Source of the DNA: a virus
IMG/VR virus record: IMGVR_UViG_3300013132_000040
Coordinates: 1-64,000 of that record
Length of the DNA: 64,000 bases
Strand: one strand, 5' to 3'
Both the position numbers and the translations under genes were made by a program. The notes below the pieces were generated by a model. It ran no database searches and had not been told where the DNA came from. It saw only the letters and a program-made list of their open reading frames with translations. This document shows, piece by piece, positions 59,142 to 64,000 of this stretch (positions within the stretch are counted from its first letter, which is position 1; each line of letters starts with the position of its first letter).

Positions 59142-59145
59142 GTGC

Positions 59146-60006
59146 ATGCCTAAAGCTAAGACTAAACCTAAAAAAGATGTTTCTAATCAGTATTACAGCT
59201 TGTCGGAAGATGAGATTCAAGATTTAATAACGAACGCTAAAGCGGGCAACCCAAAAGCGCAAATAGAGCTGATTAAGATATTTGAGCCTTTTTTAAATAA
59301 GTACGTAGCTCTCCTTCATTACGGTAAGTACAAGCTTTCCGACTATGATGTTAGACAGTTTATTAATCTGTTTGTTCCCGATAAAACTGTGGGGTTTTAT
59401 CTAAGGAGAAATAAACTAAATCCAGTTGGTGTGGCAAAAGTGCAGGAAACAGTCCAGGGCATCAGGTATATGGTGGAACGGTATGGCGACGAAGAGGATA
59501 CTCGCCAAACTGTTCACTTAGCGTTCTTGCAGTGTCTCATGAACTATAAGAGAACGGAATCTAAGGCTGGGGGTTATGTTCCATTTAGTGGTTATATCTA
59601 TAGTTATTTTTACTTTATTTTGAGCAAGCATGTAAAAACATTCCTGATAGACCAGCTTGGAAGAAAGACGTTTCCTCTTATCGATAATGAGGACTTTGCT
59701 GAAACTGATTCTGACGAGAAACTGCAGGGGTTTAGTGCGCCTCCGGAACCTTCTGTGGAAGACCTTCTTGGTCCAGAGGTGATCGATGAGTTTTGGGTCG
59801 CTGGTGATTCTACTATCTTCCCCTTCGATAGGCTTTCTATGCAAGAGCGGCAGTTGGTGAAGTGGAGATTTGTGGATGGCTATAAGTCGAGTGAAATAGC
59901 CCAAAAGATTACTGAACATCCCAACACTGTTAGGGAGCACTTTAACAAAATCCGCTTAAAATTGATGGAACTTTTAATAGAAGAAGACTTCCAAATCCCG
60001 CAATAA
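59146..60006 (+). CDS. Phage sigma70-family RNA polymerase sigma factor
   Basis: AKAGNPKAQIELI..F.P; EDTRQ..LAF..PFSGYI; region 4 LSMQERQLV..RF.DGYKSSEIA..NTV. Confidence 0.85.
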   Translation: MPKAKTKPKKDVSNQYYSLSEDEIQDLITNAKAGNPKAQIELIKIFEPFLNKYVALLHYGKYKLSDYDVRQFINLFVPDKTVGFYLRRNKLNPVGVAKVQETVQGIRYMVERYGDEEDTRQTVHLAFLQCLMNYKRTESKAGGYVPFSGYIYSYFYFILSKHVKTFLIDQLGRKTFPLIDNEDFAETDSDEKLQGFSAPPEPSVEDLLGPEVIDEFWVAGDSTIFPFDRLSMQERQLVKWRFVDGYKSSEIAQKITEHPNTVREHFNKIRLKLMELLIEEDFQIPQ

Positions 60007-60024
60007 TGAAAAGAAGGAATTACT

Positions 60025-60186
60025 ATGGTAGTTGATATAAGTTACGCAAAAGATTTTTGTATCAATTGTGGTCATTATCACCACAAAAAAGAATTAAATA
60101 AACCATATGATTGTATGTTGGGGCATGATTGTAAGTGTAAAGAAAAAAACTTTATGCCCAGAAGATACAAGGGTTATTTCGGCTGA
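60025..60186 (+). CDS. 53 aa Cys/His-rich protein (not in ORF track)
   Basis: CINCGHYHH..C..C.C..F; AAGGA RBS. Confidence 0.5.
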   Translation: MVVDISYAKDFCINCGHYHHKKELNKPYDCMLGHDCKCKEKNFMPRRYKGYFG

Positions 60187-60196
60187 AAGGTTTTAA

Positions 60197-60751
60197 ATGC
60201 CTCTAGATTTTCCAGATTCACCAACAAATGGGCAACAGTACACTTCTGGCACTAGGACCTGGCAGTACGATAGCGCAAATACCGCTTGGGGGCTTGTCGC
60301 TTCTGGTATTGTTGGCCCTACTGGCCCTTCCTTGCCGGTTGGTACGCTCCTCATGTGGGCTGGTACAGCTTCTGGGGGTAGCGCACCTGCCTATACAAGC
60401 CTTCCGAGTGGTTTCCTTTTGTGCGACGGTTCTGCAATTTCTCGAAGTACTTATTCTGCGTTGTTTTCGGCAATAGGTACGAGATATGGTGTCGGTAATA
60501 ACTCGACAACCTTTAATATACCGACTTTGACAGCCCAAATACCGCATGGTCTAACTGCGGGAAGCAACGCAAACAATAATACCGATAAGAATACCACCGT
60601 GCAAAGTGCAGACCATACACATAATATTACCGTTTGGCAGCCAAATGATACAACTGGTTTTAGCGTAACTACAAAGGCAAGCGCAACCCAAAGTGCGGAT
60701 CACACCCATAGTTTTAAGATTACTTCAGTTTATTACCTTATTAAGTTTTAA
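60197..60751 (+). CDS. Short tail-fibre protein with a phage tail-collar domain
   Basis: LDFPDSPTNGQ; PVGTLLMWAG..PSGFLLCDGSAISRSTYSALFSAIGTRYG..TTFNIP; QSADHTH twice; YYLIKF. Confidence 0.85.
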   Translation: MPLDFPDSPTNGQQYTSGTRTWQYDSANTAWGLVASGIVGPTGPSLPVGTLLMWAGTASGGSAPAYTSLPSGFLLCDGSAISRSTYSALFSAIGTRYGVGNNSTTFNIPTLTAQIPHGLTAGSNANNNTDKNTTVQSADHTHNITVWQPNDTTGFSVTTKASATQSADHTHSFKITSVYYLIKF

Positions 60752-60762
60752 GTAGGAGAATA

Positions 60763-61446
60763 ATGAATCAGGAATTCAAACTATCCGATGAACCTCCCCA
60801 TAGGGGGGGGAAAGGTTATTTCGAAAAAGTTATTGGAGTCACAGATAACGTTGGTTATTTTGGCTTTGCTCCTGCAGTAAGCAGGTTGAACACGGACGAC
60901 GATAGGTGTGACCGCAATACTTCGTGGGGCCCAGTAAGTTTCCATAAGGTAGAAGATGGTGTATGTAACTGTGGATATCTCGATCAAGATGAGTCTACGG
61001 AAATATCCTGCCAGATAGGCTACGCTGATCCTTCCGGAATTGATTTTGCTGCACCAGTAATTTCTAGGGCACCTATTGGTTATGTATGCTACGCAGAGCA
61101 TCATGATCAAAGTATAGAAAACCTTTTTTGCAGGCAACACTGGAACTCTAATGCTAGAACTTTACAGGAACTTTTCAAACTCATGTACGAATGGAAAGAT
61201 TGTTACACTGAGTTAAATTCAGATTACCAGATAGCTATCGTAGCTAATGATTTATTAGAAGAATTAGAAGTCCCAGAGGATGTAGAGTCTTGGATTAGAA
61301 CTGAAGTACCAGATGGTCCTGTTGTTAAATTTCTCAACGGCGACCCCGATGCTAGGGCCAGGTCTTCAAATATACCCGATTTACCCGACTTTGTTAGCCA
61401 GTGGTTTTGGAAAGTTGTGAATTCAGGATTAAATTACGGTTGGTAA
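60763..61446 (+). CDS. Hypothetical protein
   Basis: AGGAG RBS; Cys/His-containing; follows the tail-collar gene. Confidence 0.65.
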   Translation: MNQEFKLSDEPPHRGGKGYFEKVIGVTDNVGYFGFAPAVSRLNTDDDRCDRNTSWGPVSFHKVEDGVCNCGYLDQDESTEISCQIGYADPSGIDFAAPVISRAPIGYVCYAEHHDQSIENLFCRQHWNSNARTLQELFKLMYEWKDCYTELNSDYQIAIVANDLLEELEVPEDVESWIRTEVPDGPVVKFLNGDPDARARSSNIPDLPDFVSQWFWKVVNSGLNYGW

Positions 61447-61469
61447 CCATATTACACAAAAGGATTAGT

Positions 61470-61592
61470 ATGACAGAAGATTTCGGACTTCCACCTGAGC
61501 CATCTTTAGAGGACTTACCAAATCCAAATGGTAATCCTAACATGATTGGTGAAGTTCTACCCGAAGATTGGACACCAGATGGCGACAGCTGA
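61470..61592 (+). CDS. 40 aa acidic Pro-rich peptide
   Basis: AAGGA RBS; MTEDFGLPPEPSLEDLP..; overlaps the endolysin start. Confidence 0.4.
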   Translation: MTEDFGLPPEPSLEDLPNPNGNPNMIGEVLPEDWTPDGDS

Positions 61593-62229
61593 AGATGCCC
61601 TAAATATTGCTAGGTCCCAAATCGGTGCTGGCCCAAAAGATTTCGTAGATTGGTACGGTTCCGGCGCTACTGTTTCGACACCGTGGTGCTGCATTTTCCA
61701 GTCGTGGGTACTTTCTTGGTGCGCAATTCCAACCCATTATGCTTGGGTGTCTGGTTTATTCGATAATTACCGTTCGGAAGGTAAAACATTCGCCCCTCGT
61801 GAAGCCCAGCCTGGTGATCTAGTCGCTTTTGACTACGACAACGGTGGACCCAGGGCATATGATCATATCGCCATGGTGGAAGCAGTTGTCCCGGAAGGTC
61901 TTGTTTGCATAAATGGCAATTGGCAGAATCGAGTGCAACGTGTGTTGCATCGTTGGGGCGCTAGCGGTTTTAGTGGCGGTATCGCCGAAATTGCTCGCCC
62001 CTCTTACTCAATAGTTCCCGTTCCAGATTTGGAGGATGATGAAATGAAGTCTGTACTTATGGTTGATCGCCGCAAGAGCCCAGCCCCAGTTTACCATTGC
62101 GTTGGTAATACAAAGGTTTGGCTATCGGACAGGGATCAGGTTGATGCACTTAAGTTTCTTGGTGCTCAGGTAATTGACCCGGCTCCACCAGCCTGGCTAG
62201 ACGCCCTCGCTACTCTTCCAAGGGGCTAG
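61579..62229 (+). CDS. CHAP-domain endolysin
   Basis: ARSQIG..WYG..PWCCIFQSWV..PGDLV.FD..DHIAMVE..INGN; short C-terminal putative binding domain. Confidence 0.85.
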   Translation: MATAEDALNIARSQIGAGPKDFVDWYGSGATVSTPWCCIFQSWVLSWCAIPTHYAWVSGLFDNYRSEGKTFAPREAQPGDLVAFDYDNGGPRAYDHIAMVEAVVPEGLVCINGNWQNRVQRVLHRWGASGFSGGIAEIARPSYSIVPVPDLEDDEMKSVLMVDRRKSPAPVYHCVGNTKVWLSDRDQVDALKFLGAQVIDPAPPAWLDALATLPRG

Positions 62230-62366
62230 TGTCTACATTGGGTCACCATAGCCCCCTAAATGCCCGTAGGATCGTCTGTGGGCGGTTTGGTTGGGGGCAA
62301 CCCAGCTTATAGCTAATTGCGAGTTTACAGGGCAAATAAGGCGCAGTAGTTAACTTAATATACGAG

Positions 62367-62398
62367 TAGGACCTCAAATTCTGGGGTCCTATTTTTTT
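62367..62398 (+). terminator. Intrinsic terminator
   Basis: TAGGACCTCA-AATTC-TGGGGTCCTA followed by T7. Confidence 0.85.
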
Positions 62399-62470
62399 AT
62401 TATTGTTTCTAATAAGAATGCAATATTACTAATATTTACAACACGGCGCCCACCAACTGAGGTTCTTCAT

Positions 62471-62974
62471 ATGATCCCACTTTTATTTGCAGAAGGTTCT
62501 TTTTTGCCGGAATGGCTTCAAACTCTGGCAACAGACCTGGGGGTCCTGTGGCCCATAGTTCTTTTTGTTGGAGCCGCTTACGGTTTGGTTAAGTGGATAA
62601 GCAAAAAGTTTAGGGATGAAGTAAGAGACTTGATAGTAGAAGAAGTAGAACCAATTAAGGCTGAATTCAAAAACAATGGTGGATCATCTGTTAAAGACGC
62701 AATAGATAGGCTTGATGCAAACTATGGTGGGCTAAAAAAAGATGTTGGTCATCTTAGGGATGATATTTCGCATCTCAAGGGTGATGTTGATCATATCAAA
62801 GTTGACTTAGATAATATGGCGGAAAAAGCAACTCAAGATCATAAGTTTCTTAATGAAAAAATCGCTAAGATTGAAATAAGAAACGATGAAATTTGGGACG
62901 AGATACAAAAAAGGCGCCCCGCATATGATGCATACGAGGCGCAATTAAGGAGAAGCGGCAAAGCAGATTTTTAA
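62471..62974 (+). CDS. Membrane-anchored coiled-coil protein (lysis-cassette type)
   Basis: One TM segment, NGGSSVKDAIDR, heptad repeats. Confidence 0.6.
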   Translation: MIPLLFAEGSFLPEWLQTLATDLGVLWPIVLFVGAAYGLVKWISKKFRDEVRDLIVEEVEPIKAEFKNNGGSSVKDAIDRLDANYGGLKKDVGHLRDDISHLKGDVDHIKVDLDNMAEKATQDHKFLNEKIAKIEIRNDEIWDEIQKRRPAYDAYEAQLRRSGKADF

Positions 62975-63297
62975 GCTCGTCCCTCATTTTGAGCATCTTT
63001 GATGATGCTGTATCGTTGGAATGTTTCACTTGACGTAATGGCGAAGCCAAATTCTGCCGCTTTTGTTATAGCTTCGCGCAATGAATCGATATTATCCATA
63101 GATTCACTCGTAAGTGGCAAAGCTAACCCCGAGTAGATATCAATATTTTCAAAGTTTCCAATGTTCGCTTTTCGATTGACGCCACAGATAAAGACGGGAA
63201 CAGTAGTTACAGATAGTGAAGAGAGCGTTTGTTCTATTGCTTCTTCAACAGCAGAGTTCTGTGTTTGATCTTTACCGTTTTTTGATATATTAGGCAT
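62971..63297 (-). CDS. Hypothetical protein
   Basis: 108 aa, convergent; RKANIGNFENIDI. Confidence 0.55.
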   Translation of the reverse strand: MPNISKNGKDQTQNSAVEEAIEQTLSSLSVTTVPVFICGVNRKANIGNFENIDIYSGLALPLTSESMDNIDSLREAITKAAEFGFAITSSETFQRYSIIKDAQNEGRA

Positions 63298-64000
63298 ATA
63301 CTTTGTTGATCTCTTTCTGGATGATTTTAATGGTTTCTTCGGATTGTTGTTCTAGAGACATTTTATCAGTGTCGATTACCGCATTCAACAGTTCGTCCGG
63401 TATAAGTTCAACTTGTTCTGATTCATGATTCAACTGAGAATCAGACATCCTGTAGCCATCACGCTTGTATAACCTGTCTAAGCGTACGTCCGTCGATGCA
63501 TCAAAACGTATTAATATACCATTGGGAAACGATTTTATTATTTCTGCTTCGTTTTTGTATCTAACGTCAGAAATAATACAGGCATACTTGTCGTAAGAAT
63601 CTTCTTCTTCTTGATTATTAAGTAGGGAAGAACATCTTTGGTAAGTTTTACGCCGCGTCCATTGAGCAAAACACGCTTCATTTTTAGACCTACAAATCTT
63701 ACCTGCTTTTTGCAGGAAATCTCTTGGTTTTATTTCGTCATCCATTGGTATAGGTAGGTCCGCTATTTCTTTTACGAGCTCAATAAACTCGTCATATGGT
63801 GGTGCACCATAGAGCGGACTACCCCCAAATACGTCAGACAGTACTTCGTGTAGCTGAAATAGTATTCTATCTTGTTGTTTTTCCCCTTTGGTAATTCGGC
63901 GTATGCTGGCCATTTCATAAAGCGGCATTGCAAAGAAACTGTGATCCCAAATGATCCTGTTATCTTTGTCATATTTCACTGTCCTGGACGGGACAACAAG
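63290..64000 (-). CDS. Deoxynucleoside monophosphate kinase-like protein (5' truncated)
   Basis: FAMPLYE..PRDFLQ.AG..IISDVRYKNEA..GILIR..HESE; the frame is open to the window end, so the P-loop lies outside. Confidence 0.7.
   Translation of the reverse strand, partial: LVVPSRTVKYDKDNRIIWDHSFFAMPLYEMASIRRITKGEKQQDRILFQLHEVLSDVFGGSPLYGAPPYDEFIELVKEIADLPIPMDDEIKPRDFLQKAGKICRSKNEACFAQWTRRKTYQRCSSLLNNQEEEDSYDKYACIISDVRYKNEAEIIKSFPNGILIRFDASTDVRLDRLYKRDGYRMSDSQLNHESEQVELIPDELLNAVIDTDKMSLEQQSEETIKIIQKEINKVYA

Noticed and set aside
61470-61592. Programmed frameshift fusing the acidic peptide to the CHAP endolysin
   Set aside because: No slippery sequence seen; the short overlap matches ordinary translational coupling elsewhere in the window.
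62730-62820. Short 21-nt periodic repeats (DVGHLRD/DISHLKG/DVDHIKV)
   Set aside because: Explained by coiled-coil heptads in the membrane protein.
1085-63972. Many 60-180 aa antisense or nested ORFs in the track (e.g. 9256-9708, 12895-13437, 59518-59940)
   Set aside because: They are shadows of well-supported genes, with no motifs or RBS.
1-64000. Stop-codon reassignment
   Set aside because: Very long ORFs tile the window under the standard code, and TAA, TAG and TGA all end coupled genes.
1-64000. tRNA, tmRNA or true rRNA genes; diversity-generating retroelement; integrase
   Set aside because: No cloverleaf or T-loop in the few gaps, no reverse transcriptase, no TR/VR pair and no recombinase. 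The rRNA-like match is under 30 nt.

Overview
A 64 kb internal slice of a large (probably jumbo) contractile-tailed phage genome. It is AT-rich by eye, uses the standard code, is tightly packed, and lies almost entirely on the + strand. Positions 1-34.3 kb are a baseplate/tail module: a >2600 aa hub-like protein running off the left edge with an RlpA-like barrel and a C-terminal thermonuclease domain, three paralogous peptidoglycan hydrolases, spike/gp25/baseplate-J genes, a metallophosphoesterase and several giant wedge/fibre-like proteins. Positions 34.3-35.8 kb hold a structured leader, a holin and a candidate sRNA. Positions 36.5-41.2 kb cover nucleotide metabolism (class II RNR with a LAGLIDADG intein, ThyX, dCMP deaminase). 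Positions 41.7-47.3 kb hold seven GT-A glycosyltransferases and a sugar acetyltransferase. Positions 47.9-58 kb are replication genes (DnaB, AEP primase with a PriL-like Cys domain, DnaE, two RecB-like nucleases). Positions 58-63 kb hold an endonuclease, a sigma factor, a tail-collar protein and a CHAP endolysin, and a dNMP-kinase-like gene runs off the right edge on the - strand. The holin type and several apparently leaderless sigma70 promoters suggest an actinobacterial host (inference). The best leads are: (1) three adjacent proteins sharing an unrecognised ~115 aa N-terminal domain with swappable wall hydrolases, next to a hub-nuclease fusion; (2) an 1811 aa structural protein with 18 Ala-Thr-Pro motifs, a possible sequon for the phage glycosyltransferases; (3) two intergenic RNA elements complementary to 23S rRNA helix 69. 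All calls are motif-based by eye; no searches were run.
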